Source of the DNA: Candidatus Bathyarchaeota archaeon
GTDB taxonomy: Archaea > Thermoproteota > Bathyarchaeia > 40CM-2-53-6 > RBG-13-38-9
Assembly: GCA_963807605.1 (NCBI GenBank)
Contig: CAWECG010000003.1
Location: 736,001-800,000, forward strand
DNA length: 64,000 bases
Direction: 5' to 3'
In this document: positions 20,198 through 30,404 of the stretch, in pieces
Layout: the number at the start of each line of letters is the position of its first letter
Numbering within the stretch: the stretch's first letter is position 1
Notes under the pieces: model-generated
What the model was told of the DNA's origin: nothing
Database searches by the model: none
What the model saw: the letters and a program-made list of their open reading frames with translations, nothing else
Translations under genes and position numbers: made by a program

Positions 20198-21097
20198 GTG
20201 GAAATAATTCCCGCTTACATTAAATCGTGCCGGAATGGGGATCTGAAGAAGAGCAAAGAGAAGCTCTCGATTTTGCTCGAGAAGTGTGAGCTCTGCCCCC
20301 GAAAATGTCACGTAAATCGATTGAAAGATGAAAGAGGTTATTGCCGGTCCGGAAAGGACTTAATCGTCTCAAGCTACGGCCCACATTTTGGAGAAGAAGA
20401 GCCTCTAGTTGGCACAGGTGGCTCTGGAACTGTATTCTTGACGAACTGCAACCTCCTCTGCGTCTACTGTCAAAACTATGACATAAGCCACCTCGGCTAC
20501 GGTCACCCCACAAGTGAACAGAAAGCTGCTGAATACATGATCCACCTACAGAAGCAGGGCTGTCACAATATCAATCTCGTAACCCCCACACACTTCACCC
20601 CACAACTCGTTGAGGCGATAGAAATGGCAATTCCGAAAGGACTGTACTTGCCAATAGTCTGGAACTGTGGCGGCTATGAAAACGCTGAGACAATAAAATT
20701 GTTAGAAGGTATCGCCGACATCTACATGCCAGACATGAAATATGGATCCGAAGATTCTGCAAGAAAATACTCTGATGCTCCAGACTACTTTGAGCGCTGC
20801 GAGGAGTCAATAAGGGAAATGCATCGCCAAGTCGGTGATCTAATAATTGAAGACGGAATCGCCAAGAGAGGTCTCTTGATAAGGCATCTGGTCTTACCCA
20901 ACAATGCTGCACATAGCAGGGAAGTCTTGAAATTCATTGCAGAGGAGATCTCCAAGAATACCTACATCAATATAATGGATCAGTATAGGCCTGAGTACAA
21001 AGCATACGATTGCAAGGAATTAGGCAGACGCCCGACGCTCAAAGAGTATACAGAAGTAGTGAGAATTGCAGAGGAGTTGGGATTAAAGAGAGTTTAG
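20198..21097 (+). CDS. Radical SAM protein, PflX family
   Basis: CELCPRKC, HFGEE, CNLLCVYCQN, YMPDMKY, RHLVLP. Confidence 0.9.
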   Translation: MEIIPAYIKSCRNGDLKKSKEKLSILLEKCELCPRKCHVNRLKDERGYCRSGKDLIVSSYGPHFGEEEPLVGTGGSGTVFLTNCNLLCVYCQNYDISHLGYGHPTSEQKAAEYMIHLQKQGCHNINLVTPTHFTPQLVEAIEMAIPKGLYLPIVWNCGGYENAETIKLLEGIADIYMPDMKYGSEDSARKYSDAPDYFERCEESIREMHRQVGDLIIEDGIAKRGLLIRHLVLPNNAAHSREVLKFIAEEISKNTYINIMDQYRPEYKAYDCKELGRRPTLKEYTEVVRIAEELGLKRV

Positions 21098-21169
21098 ACG
21101 CTCAGACACACTCGATGAACGTTGTGAAAAGCGCGAATGTAAAGGTATTCGCAATCTGTATTTTTGATT

Positions 21170-22903
21170 TCAGCACGGTAATTTTTCGGTAGGCGGCATT
21201 AATGATTGAGGTAATGCTTCTTTGAACCAAGATGGCATAGATGTCCAGCATCTCTTGACTAGTCTATTAAAACTGCCATCGACAACATAGAATCTCGCTT
21301 TGTCGTCTTCAGCTCTTATTGCACGGCCGTAGGCTTGGATGACTTCCAGCATCGCTTGGTTATCGTACCACTGATGGTACCCCAGGTCTAGGCGTCTTTT
21401 GACACGTCTGTCACTCAGGTCGGGGAATGGCACTTTCAAGAGAATCTGGGCGTCGCACACGTCGTATTTCCAGTCCTGGCCTTCGGCGAAAGCCACGGAC
21501 ACGAACACCTTTCCACGTGAGCGCTTCCAATCATCAAGCCTCGCTTGGCGATCTCTACTTGTATGAACAATGAGTCTAGACTTCAGGTCCTCTCCGATAT
21601 ACTCTGCAAGCCATTGTTGGTGATGGTAACTATGGCAGTGTATAGCTACGTTTCCAGGTTCGCTTCTCAATATCGTCTCTACGTTACGTAGGGCGTCCTG
21701 CTTATTTTTATCCCATTCCTCTCTTGACAAAGGTCCTACAGCCATGTCTATTATAGGTCTGTTCTGAACTGGAAACGTGCTGGGAACATCTAGGAAGCAA
21801 ATCTCATCCTCCGTTAGCATGTCTTGGAGGCCTGTCAACTCTACATATTCCTGCGGGTCGAGAATCGTGGCTGAAGAAATAATATAGTATTCGGCTCGTT
21901 TCCAAACCAGCTCCTTCATAAACTGTTTTGCGAAGACAGGCTGCACCATCAACTTGTCGTTTTGGACTTGGAATATCCACTCACTCTTCGACGAATCGTA
22001 GAGATCATGATTTGAAATGAAGCGCTCAATCTTCTTCAAGTCTTCAGCCTGTAAGACTGATAGCCCAGTGGTTTCGGCGATTCTAGAAGCTTGCTTCTTG
22101 ATCGCCACTAATTGTTCTTTGATTCTTTGAAGAAGTTCCTTCATCTGGGTCTCCGTCTTGACTTTACGTAATTGGGGGAGTAACTTGTTGTAGACATCCC
22201 AAGGTATCGTAAACGGATCTACCCGTACTGAAATCTGGTTTAGACATTGTTCCTCGATATTGTGAGCCTCGTCAAGTATGAGTAAGCTCCTCCTTCCCAA
22301 AGATGACTCGACTTGACCTTCTGTCTGACCTTCCGCGATGAGGTATGCGAAGCTTAGCAACACGCTCTGCGCATTAACGGCTTTCATCTTCTGGATCCAG
22401 TAGCGACATACTCTGAAGCGCTCGCAAGTGTAATCTTCAGTCACGCATCTCCCTGCGTCAACACTTCGATCTGGCTGATGGTAGCACCAGTAGTTCTGTC
22501 GACCTTTAATCTCGACAAATATTGAACGTAAAAGTGGATCACAAAGTATCTGATCGATCAGAACCAGTTGTGGAGTTGCGTAGAAAGACTTCGTTACGGA
22601 GCAGAAGGCAGCGTTCACGTAGGACTTACCGAAACCTGTTGGTGCGGCTAAGATGAAGCATCTCTTTCCAGTTTTGAATGCTTCGACGACCTTGGCTACG
22701 ATCTCTTTCTGATATTCTCTGAGTGAGGGACTTGGAAAATTATTGAGTACATCATCCATGTCCAGATCTGAAGGAGATTTCACCAGCGTCGACCTTTGGA
22801 ATGTCCTGCTTGTCGGTGTCGAAGCGGTGCAACGATTTGGACACTTATTCCAGCCGGGGGGCATGTATCTGCCGCAGCTGGGGCAGAACTTCACCAAGAC
22901 CAA
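21170..22903 (-). CDS. DinG/Rad3-type SF2 helicase with N-terminal zinc ribbon
   Basis: APTGFGKS, KGRQNY.C Cys cluster, LDEAH, SSAT, EG.D, KVPFP, QAYGRAIR..DD. Confidence 0.85.
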   Translation of the reverse strand: MVLVKFCPSCGRYMPPGWNKCPNRCTASTPTSRTFQRSTLVKSPSDLDMDDVLNNFPSPSLREYQKEIVAKVVEAFKTGKRCFILAAPTGFGKSYVNAAFCSVTKSFYATPQLVLIDQILCDPLLRSIFVEIKGRQNYWCYHQPDRSVDAGRCVTEDYTCERFRVCRYWIQKMKAVNAQSVLLSFAYLIAEGQTEGQVESSLGRRSLLILDEAHNIEEQCLNQISVRVDPFTIPWDVYNKLLPQLRKVKTETQMKELLQRIKEQLVAIKKQASRIAETTGLSVLQAEDLKKIERFISNHDLYDSSKSEWIFQVQNDKLMVQPVFAKQFMKELVWKRAEYYIISSATILDPQEYVELTGLQDMLTEDEICFLDVPSTFPVQNRPIIDMAVGPLSREEWDKNKQDALRNVETILRSEPGNVAIHCHSYHHQQWLAEYIGEDLKSRLIVHTSRDRQARLDDWKRSRGKVFVSVAFAEGQDWKYDVCDAQILLKVPFPDLSDRRVKRRLDLGYHQWYDNQAMLEVIQAYGRAIRAEDDKARFYVVDGSFNRLVKRCWTSMPSWFKEALPQSLMPPTEKLPC

Positions 22904-23401
22904 GCACCGTCAATCATACTAGACGCTCATCCCGAAGTCCAACGAAGCTTTTCTTATATCGGCTCGCGTTTGTCTTCCCGTTTGGGTTTAGTGTTAGACT
23001 CAGATCCACACTTAGGCCTCTTCAAGACTAGGTTAAGGGGATGCCATTCGAAGACTCCCCGGTATGGGTTTTCCTCCATGAACTTCTTGAGAGGATTCTT
23101 AGCCATGGTCGAGTCTCATGATCCCAAACGCGTTAACATGAGCGTTTAAGAATCATCTGTCGAGCTTAAAGACATTCTCAAAATTTTGTGTCAGTAATCA
23201 CCTATATGATGGCGTGAATATGATGTGTAAAACGCCGCTCCCACCACGTTCTATCAGGCTGTTATCTAGGGACAGCTTTATGATTTTGTCGTAGGATGGC
23301 GCACGCTGTGTCTTCAGAAAAAAATTTTCTAGAGAGGAACGTGGAAAGAGGAGAAGGGCGCTATGTTTTCAAAGATCTAGGAAATCTATCAAGTCAACGC
23401 G

Positions 23402-23683
23402 TTACCCGTAATAATACTGTTGGCCGTACTGGTATGGGCTAGCGTACTGCTGTGGGTAATAGTACTGTTGTTGTGGATAGTACTGCGGACTATATTGTTG
23501 GGGAGGATAACAGCCCTGTGGAGAGCAATACTGTTGCGGATAATAGTACTGCGAATAGTATTGTGAATGGACAGGACATGAAACGCAAGTGCACTGAGTA
23601 CCTTGTGGATAGCCCCAGTAGGGCGTCTGAGGTGGCCTGTTCCAATACATGTATGGGTTATAACTCAAATCTCTCACTGACAT
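23402..23683 (-). CDS. Tyr/Gln/Pro-rich low-complexity microprotein (93 aa)
   Basis: Repeated YYPQQY units and a CTCVSCPVH motif; TATA-like TTTTAAG about 25 nt upstream of the ATG. Confidence 0.7.
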   Translation of the reverse strand: MSVRDLSYNPYMYWNRPPQTPYWGYPQGTQCTCVSCPVHSQYYSQYYYPQQYCSPQGCYPPQQYSPQYYPQQQYYYPQQYASPYQYGQQYYYG

Positions 23684-23849
23684 AGACTCTTGTCTAGGTG
23701 ACTTAAAAGGGATTTTAGTCTTAAACCGAATATTGGAATGAGAAACCCACTGACAGTTTAGCATGAACGTTCAATGTGTGCGCCAGCAAGAATCTATTGA
23801 AAGACTTATTCAAGTTTAGAGAGTCATTGATACTTGAAAGGGAACCTGT

Positions 23850-25115
23850 ATGACAGGCTGGTCTCCCAGTATGTTCAAGCCAGATTCTGAGCCTGGCAAA
23901 AACGTCTACGATAGACTGTTCATGTGCCTGTTGTTGGCATTTCTTGTCATTGGGTTTTTGTGGCTTGACAAACCTAATAATGCCCTCATATTCGACGAGA
24001 AATACTATGTCAATGCAGCAAGGAACATTCTCAAGTTACGGCAGAACCCCGATATCTATCCTGATGCCACGCCGGGATTGGATCCGAATCGTGAGCACCC
24101 ATTCCTTGGAAAAGGCATCATTGCGTTTTCTATGATGATCTTGGGAGATAACGCATGGGGATGGAGAACAGCCAGCGTCATATTCGGAACTGTTGCGCTC
24201 TTAGCCTTCTACGTGCTTGTTAAGAGACTCTCACGTAGGGGTGACCTCGCGTTATTTGCAGCATTACTTTTTGCACTCAGTAACCTCTTCTATGTGCATA
24301 GTCGCATCGCAACCTTGGATATTTTCCTGTTGGCCTTTATGCTTGTGGGTTTTTACTGGTATGAGGTTGGCAGACCGTCTCTTAGTGGTTTCTTCTTGGC
24401 TTTGGCCACTCTATCAAAACTAAATGGACTATTCGGTTTCGCAGCAATCCTCGTATTCCATTGTGCTAATCTCTTCATCAAATCAAGAGAGACTAAGAAA
24501 TTCGATTGGAGGTCGCTGCTAGGTTGGCTCGAAAAATACGCTCTGCCTTACTTTATGTCAGTCATCATACTTTTCACGATTTTTGATAGAATATGGGTGG
24601 GCTATAACAATCCATTAAACCACCTATCCTACATCTACGACTACTACACTACTTTAACAAGGCCGACGCCATCCGGTATTGAGAGTTATCCTTGGCAGTG
24701 GCTTGTTAATGAGGTTAAGATACCCTACCTAACTGTAAACATTGATGTTCGTTACGGGGAGCTGGTCAGCAACCGCCTTGTCATAGCTTTTGAGGGAGCC
24801 ATCAACCCACTTGTGATATACTTGGCAATTCCGGCAGTAGCTTACTCTGCATATGCAGCCTACAGAAGGGTGGAGAAGACCGCCCTGTTTAATGTGATAT
24901 GGTTCGTAACAACTTACCTGCCATGGTATCCCATGTCGATCATCGGCCACCGGATAATGTACCTGTTCTATTTCCTCCCGACGTTGCCCAGCGTCTGTCT
25001 CGCAATAGCCTATGTTTTCTTCGATCGGAATGCTGATAGAATTGTGTCTCTGACTTATCTATTTGCGGTGTTTCTGGGTTTCGTGATGCTCTTTCCATTC
25101 AAGCAAGTCCCTTAG
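23850..25115 (+). CDS. Dolichyl-phosphate-mannose protein O-mannosyltransferase (PMT/GT39-like)
   Basis: IFDEKYY, EHPFLGK, GWR, SRIATLD, S.PWQW, YLFYFLP. Confidence 0.85.
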   Translation: MTGWSPSMFKPDSEPGKNVYDRLFMCLLLAFLVIGFLWLDKPNNALIFDEKYYVNAARNILKLRQNPDIYPDATPGLDPNREHPFLGKGIIAFSMMILGDNAWGWRTASVIFGTVALLAFYVLVKRLSRRGDLALFAALLFALSNLFYVHSRIATLDIFLLAFMLVGFYWYEVGRPSLSGFFLALATLSKLNGLFGFAAILVFHCANLFIKSRETKKFDWRSLLGWLEKYALPYFMSVIILFTIFDRIWVGYNNPLNHLSYIYDYYTTLTRPTPSGIESYPWQWLVNEVKIPYLTVNIDVRYGELVSNRLVIAFEGAINPLVIYLAIPAVAYSAYAAYRRVEKTALFNVIWFVTTYLPWYPMSIIGHRIMYLFYFLPTLPSVCLAIAYVFFDRNADRIVSLTYLFAVFLGFVMLFPFKQVP

Positions 25116-25338
25116 TTCATGATGCACTGGGATTTTGGAGAATCTTCTGATGTGCTCCTATCAAAGAGATTAAAGAACAGCATCAAGACTCCTTTATGGA
25201 CTTCTTCCGTTCAAGCGTTCTTGTCCTGATGTAAGCCCGCGCCACCCCATGGGGAGGTGCGGGATGTATGATCGCCCGCTAGGTCACCATGGCAATGACC
25301 TGTCAACCAACTGCCATTGTATTAGTATGTGCGGGAGT

Positions 25339-25869
25339 CTATTTGACAGATACTTTATGTTTCTTTGTTTCGGTCGGTATCTTCTTCGGAACTCTCACTT
25401 CAAGCATTCCGTTATTTAGCGCCGCCTCTGCCTTGTCGGGTATGACTTCTTCAGGAAATGTTAGATTTCTGTGGAACCGAGAGTATCCACGCTCCTTGCG
25501 GACGTACCCCTCCTTCTCTTCATCTATCTTTGTCTTGGTTTCGGCTGATATCTCAATGCCTTTGGGTGTAACGGTTACGTCGATTTGCTCCTTAGGTACG
25601 CCTGGCATCTCAGCAGAAACTCGGTACTCCTTGCCAGCATCGATCAGATCTGCAAAGGGCTCTCTGACATCAGGTAGTTCAAACCAGGGGAAAGCGATCT
25701 TCGGCCAAGTGGAACGGATTGGGATCAGCATAGAGTCAAACCGTCTCCTGAATTCATCGACCATCCCGTCAATCTCACCTAAGAACTCGGAGGGTCTCCA
25801 AGGAACAATCTCGCCCTTTCCTACCTCCTCCTTCTTCTTAACGGAAATCTTCTCCTTTTTAGCAACCAT
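25339..25869 (-). CDS. Small heat shock protein Hsp20
   Basis: AEMPGV.KEQI, ER.YSRF.R, A.LNNGMLEVRVPK; AGGAGGTG RBS before the ATG at 25869. Confidence 0.93.
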   Translation of the reverse strand: MVAKKEKISVKKKEEVGKGEIVPWRPSEFLGEIDGMVDEFRRRFDSMLIPIRSTWPKIAFPWFELPDVREPFADLIDAGKEYRVSAEMPGVPKEQIDVTVTPKGIEISAETKTKIDEEKEGYVRKERGYSRFHRNLTFPEEVIPDKAEAALNNGMLEVRVPKKIPTETKKHKVSVK

Positions 25870-26170
25870 AGTTTCACACCTCCTTTCAATAGAGATTGTA
25901 TTGGCGATTACCAGATTCGCCACGACTAGGTATAATGTGCGGCGGCATGTAAATCTAACTGCAACTGAGTAGACTTCAGCCTGAAGCTATCAACGCCTAA
26001 AAAATGTCTACCCCAAAGTTATTCTGCACCATCTCGATAGTCTGACCAGCCCAGCCAATAGAACTCGTGGCGGTTTTCAGTTGACTGAGTTTGAGACACA
26101 TGTGAAACAAATCATTCAACGTACTTACAAGCGCGCGCTAACCAACATAATTACGCAAACAAGAAATCCA

Positions 26171-26839
26171 TCATTCTTCTTCAAAATTCGATATATCCAC
26201 AAACCAGTGATCGTTACGTTGAATTATTCCCTTATTTACTAATTTAATTCGTTGTCTGAATAGTGGTCCATTCGTAACGAAGGTGTGATATTCTCCGTTC
26301 TCTCCACATGCATCTATTCTCTTACTTTTTAGATATTCAAGAAACTCTCTATCGATGTTGTGACCCAGCCATTTTCTTTCAATCAGGTTCGATTTTGCGC
26401 TCAGAACCATGGCCTCAAAGCCTGAATCTAAGAATCCTGTGAAAATGTCTTCTGTATTTATCTTCCACAAGGGTTCCAATGGTTCAACTCCGATCTCGCT
26501 GCAGACTCTTTCAACCCAGTCTCTGTGTTCTTGAAGATATATGTCCCCGAACACCATTCCTTCGACTCCTTCTTCAACTAGACTCCCGACAGCTTCTTTG
26601 AATTTTTCTTCGTAATTGTTCCTAGCAGTCTCTTTTTGTAATAGTGAGATATGCATTGACTTTGCTTGTTCGGCAACTAGATTTGGAGTTCCATGAAACG
26701 AGACGCGTCTGTATTCTTGAGAGATGAAATTGACCAAGTAGCTAACCTTATGACCTTGCTGGACGGCTTTGTAGCAGGCGAAACAGCCATCCTTACCGCC
26801 ACTCCATGATGCAGCGACTATCACGATCCCAGACCTCAA
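26171..26839 (-). CDS. Diphthine-ammonia ligase family PP-loop ATPase
   Basis: SWSGGKD, FGDI, PLW, CGENGEYHTFV. Confidence 0.88.
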   Translation of the reverse strand: MRSGIVIVAASWSGGKDGCFACYKAVQQGHKVSYLVNFISQEYRRVSFHGTPNLVAEQAKSMHISLLQKETARNNYEEKFKEAVGSLVEEGVEGMVFGDIYLQEHRDWVERVCSEIGVEPLEPLWKINTEDIFTGFLDSGFEAMVLSAKSNLIERKWLGHNIDREFLEYLKSKRIDACGENGEYHTFVTNGPLFRQRIKLVNKGIIQRNDHWFVDISNFEEE

Positions 26840-27295
26840 TTCTTAGTACTGCCTTGTTGAAATGCGGATTATAAGCAGTAAGATATTCAATAGATTTACG
26901 CAGGTGTCCCCCAAGAGAATGATGAGATCGAAAGATGGCATATGGCCGTCAAGAGCAACGAAGAGCTTAAAGCGATTGCTGCTCGTGTTGCCTTGCAGGC
27001 TGAAGCATCTATGCGAGACAACAACAGCACACTGAGTATGTTAGATAGGCGCAGAATCATATAGCTTAGCAATTCTTACAAGTAGAAGCGAATAACCTTT
27101 CCAACGATCGACTTCACGTCAAACCGAGTCTCCGACAACAGTTATACGGTCTGACCGGCCTGACAACCCCCATTCGTAACTATGTTTTATAACCGATTAG
27201 AGCGATCTATATTCGATTAGTAACATAGGTCGCGTAGACATCTTCACTCCAATTCACAAAGCCATCCGTTAGCGCGCGCTAGGAAGATATGTCGA

Positions 27296-28072
27296 ATGGC
27301 TCAAAACATAGATCCGGTATATTTTCTTCAGCCAGTCATCACAGTTTTGTTCACCGTCGCCCTTGTTGTTTATTGGCACTACAGACGGAGTTTCACAAGA
27401 GGTGTGCTCATCTATTCTGCTCTTGCATATGTTGGGGCGATGGCGGCCAAAGTGATTGTCCAAGTCGTGACATTCGGTGCCTTCCAAGCACGCTTCAGCG
27501 ATAACGCCGCAGTTCTTGGAACTTACTTCGGGGCTCAAACAGTGCTCTTCGAAGTTGGTGGAGCATTCTTGGTGGCGGTATGGGCAGTTTCTCGAGCCAA
27601 AATGAACGCTAAGGACGCTGAAGGCTATGGACTCGGCCTCGCAATGTGGGAAAACGCGGGTTACTTGGGAACTCTCGGGTTAGTTAGCCTGATCACAATT
27701 TATGTGGTGTTGGCCTCCGGCAGCCCGGTTACACAAGAATTCTATTCGAGCCTGATCAGCACTCGGCCCGACCTCTTCTATCCTCCGTCGCAAGCTTTAC
27801 CCTTGATCGGATACGCCTTAATGGAGCGGGTGACCTCGCTTCTATTTCATTTTTCTTGGGGATGGCTCTGCCTTCTTGCAGCATATATGCATAAGAGATT
27901 CTATTTTCTGCTAGCTTTGCCGATGGGTTTAGTCGACTTCCTAGTGCCGTTTGCAGCTAGTCTCACAATTCCAGTTTTTGAGATGCTAATCTTTGTCCTT
28001 GGGTTATGTGCTTTAGCACTAACTTGGGCTGTCACAAGGAACCTACGAGATGGTCCTTTAAAACAAGACTAG
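27296..28072 (+). CDS. YhfC-like intramembrane glutamic protease
   Basis: Multi-TM protein, LFEVG, YGLGLAMWEN, ER..SLLFH. Confidence 0.7.
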   Translation: MAQNIDPVYFLQPVITVLFTVALVVYWHYRRSFTRGVLIYSALAYVGAMAAKVIVQVVTFGAFQARFSDNAAVLGTYFGAQTVLFEVGGAFLVAVWAVSRAKMNAKDAEGYGLGLAMWENAGYLGTLGLVSLITIYVVLASGSPVTQEFYSSLISTRPDLFYPPSQALPLIGYALMERVTSLLFHFSWGWLCLLAAYMHKRFYFLLALPMGLVDFLVPFAASLTIPVFEMLIFVLGLCALALTWAVTRNLRDGPLKQD

Positions 28073-28097
28073 CGAAAGATCATCTTGTGATTACCGC

Positions 28098-28132
28098 TGG
28101 TCAGGGTAGGGAGATTCGTGCACCAATTTACC
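28098..28132 (+). mobile_element. Degenerate second att-like junction (tRNA-3'-like core plus element arm)
   Basis: 16/21 identity to the att core and 12/14 to the adjacent arm at 29425-29459. Confidence 0.65.
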
Positions 28133-28253
28133 GTATGGCGCGCTGAGGACATATGCCACTGTAGCTCTCCTGGAAAGAAAAGACATCGCATCCGAACAAT
28201 CCCCTATCAGAAACAAGCCTGAAACCTCTCAGCCCGGTCTTTAGCGCGATCTC

Positions 28254-29213
28254 TTAACCTTGAAGCCCAGAATCGCCATAGAGAACCTTTAGAAGTTCTA
28301 TAAGTTTTTCGTCCCTCCACCTAGCAATCTCATCGGGATGCTTCTCTTGGAGGAGCTTCATCTTTCTAATCCCGTTGATAATCTTCCTCTCCGCCTGTGA
28401 GGGTATGGAAGTCCAAGTGGCGAGTGTTCTCCATCGAGCTGCCATCGCAGGTCCTAGATGGTGGAGATAGTATTCTATCCCGCCTTTTCCGCCTCCAAGA
28501 TGGTAGCTCAGGTGAGGGCCGAGTATCGCCCAGCGGATTCCTGGGCCGGCTGAAACAGCCTTATCAATGTCTTCCAGCTCCGCAACATCTTTGTAAACCA
28601 AATCAATTGCCTCTCTCCAAAGGGCTGCTGCCAAACGGTTTCCTATGGTTCCCGACATCTCCTTTTTCTGTACAACAGCGACCTTACCGAGTTTGGTCAT
28701 AAACTCTTTCGTTGCCTTTACAGTCTCAGGGGAGGTCTTTTTCCCAGGTATGATCTCGACTAGGGGCATAAGGTGGGGCGGATTCCATGGATGAGCGATA
28801 ATGCATCGTGCGGGTTTCTTGGTTGCCTTCTGTACTAAAGTCATCTTGAGAGTTGAGCTACTGCTGGCGAGTATTGTTTCTGGTGGTGCGATTGCGTCCA
28901 AAGATTTGAAGACCTTTTTCTTAGCTTGATAGCTTTCATATACCGATTCTTGGACGTAGTCAGTTTCAGCCACCGCTTCCTCGAGGTTTGATGTAATTCT
29001 AATCCTTCCCAGACAGTCTTCAACTGTTTTATCCTTGAGAATCCCTTTCTCGGAGAGAAACTTGAGGTTCTGCGTAATCTGTGACAGCCCCTGCTCAAGG
29101 GTCTCCTTCCTCAAATCTTGAAGAGTAATTTCATAGCCTTTCCATGAAAAGAACGTAGCCCAGCTATGGCCAATCAGGCCGGCTCCAATACAAGAAATCT
29201 TCTTAATGTCCAT
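28254..29213 (-). CDS. 3-hydroxyacyl-CoA dehydrogenase family (gulonate/carnitine dehydrogenase-like)
   Basis: IGAGLIG, QESV.E, LASSSS, HPWNPPHLMPLVE, GPGIRWA..GP. Confidence 0.9.
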   Translation of the reverse strand: MDIKKISCIGAGLIGHSWATFFSWKGYEITLQDLRKETLEQGLSQITQNLKFLSEKGILKDKTVEDCLGRIRITSNLEEAVAETDYVQESVYESYQAKKKVFKSLDAIAPPETILASSSSTLKMTLVQKATKKPARCIIAHPWNPPHLMPLVEIIPGKKTSPETVKATKEFMTKLGKVAVVQKKEMSGTIGNRLAAALWREAIDLVYKDVAELEDIDKAVSAGPGIRWAILGPHLSYHLGGGKGGIEYYLHHLGPAMAARWRTLATWTSIPSQAERKIINGIRKMKLLQEKHPDEIARWRDEKLIELLKVLYGDSGLQG

Positions 29214-29495
29214 CTGTTCCTCAACCTGTTTTGAGAATTCTACGCACGCAAAAAGCGTGGAACATCAATTGACTATATTATGCTTATTACAATTCAGGGA
29301 TTAATCTATTGCATGACTTCGTACTCCAGAGTTCTAACAAACTGGGTGCGCTAAGCAGATAATGCGAAAAGCGATGACTAGCTTCATGAGGAGTAAAAAC
29401 CTAGTCCGCTAGCCAGAAGATAGGTGGTGCGGGGAGTGGGATTCGCGCACCAATTTACTAGTAAATTTCCTGCCCGCCACGAGTACTCAATCAGA

Positions 29496-29526
29496 GCTGC
29501 GGGTTCAACTCCCGCCCAGTCCACTA
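29496..29526 (+). pseudogene. tRNA-Ala-like 3' fragment
   Basis: GCGGG TTCAACT CCCGC CCAGTCC A CTA; the ..GTCCA end is typical of archaeal tRNA-Ala (U70); no 5' half. Confidence 0.65.
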
Positions 29527-29541
29527 TTCTGGATTTTAGGG

Positions 29542-29663
29542 TGTCGGAATATTCGAGTTTTACACTCAGACAGCCAATTTGTTTAGGTTCTAAGGTTTTG
29601 AATGCTAGGATGTCTAGGGTCTAAGGTTGTGAATAAAAGTGTCCAAATTAAGATGCGCTCACC
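29542..29663 (+). repeat. Non-coding direct repeat of about 120 bp, copy 2
   Basis: Near-identical to 11010-11127. Confidence 0.95.
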
Positions 29664-29883
29664 CATTATCCACCACCAAATAACGTTGACCCATAGTTTT
29701 CTAGGGATAATGGAAAATAGACTAGTGAGTTGCTATGTCAATCAGTCTGAGTTTCGAGCATTATCCTCCCTGCCCTGATTGTGCTAAGAAAGAAGAGATA
29801 GATAAATTGTGGTTGGTCAGGCTGATTCGAGTTCGGACAAGGTCAGATTCTAACCCTTATACAAGCGAGCATCTTACATCAAG

Positions 29884-30294
29884 TTGGTAAAGATGAGTAA
29901 ATCTGATCGTTCAAGAAAAGAGCAAAAAACTCTCGTACCAACTGAACAACCTGTACCAGCTACACAACCTGTTGTTTGGAAACCAGAAGATGTTAAGAAT
30001 TTCATAGAAATGATACGTTCTTTGGGAAAAGAGCTTATCGATTACAAGAACAAGGAATTCGACTACAAGGTTCGAAGACTAGGTTCCGTAGGGGCACATA
30101 ATAGACGAATAACATATTCTCTGCTGTTATTCTTAACTGGACTAATAGTCGTCATGTCCGTGCTAACCTTCTTCGGGAAGGTAAGTGGTGATGCATTGCT
30201 TTTTCTAGCAGGAACAATTACGGGTTATGTCGTTTTAATGATTCAAGCACTTACTTATCCCCTATTCGAAGGCGAACCATCCCAGGAAAGTTGA
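29884..30294 (+). CDS. Hypothetical protein with two C-terminal TM helices
   Basis: 136-aa ORF, helical N-part then two TM segments. Confidence 0.65.
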   Translation: MVKMSKSDRSRKEQKTLVPTEQPVPATQPVVWKPEDVKNFIEMIRSLGKELIDYKNKEFDYKVRRLGSVGAHNRRITYSLLLFLTGLIVVMSVLTFFGKVSGDALLFLAGTITGYVVLMIQALTYPLFEGEPSQES

Positions 30295-30404
30295 GATAGT
30301 TCAAGATGACCTTTTTTGCTTCTAGACTCTTCTTGATGAGTTCTGCCCACATGTTCTTGTCGAGACTATTATAGATAGACCAGATGAGTAGGACAAAATT
30401 TTCA

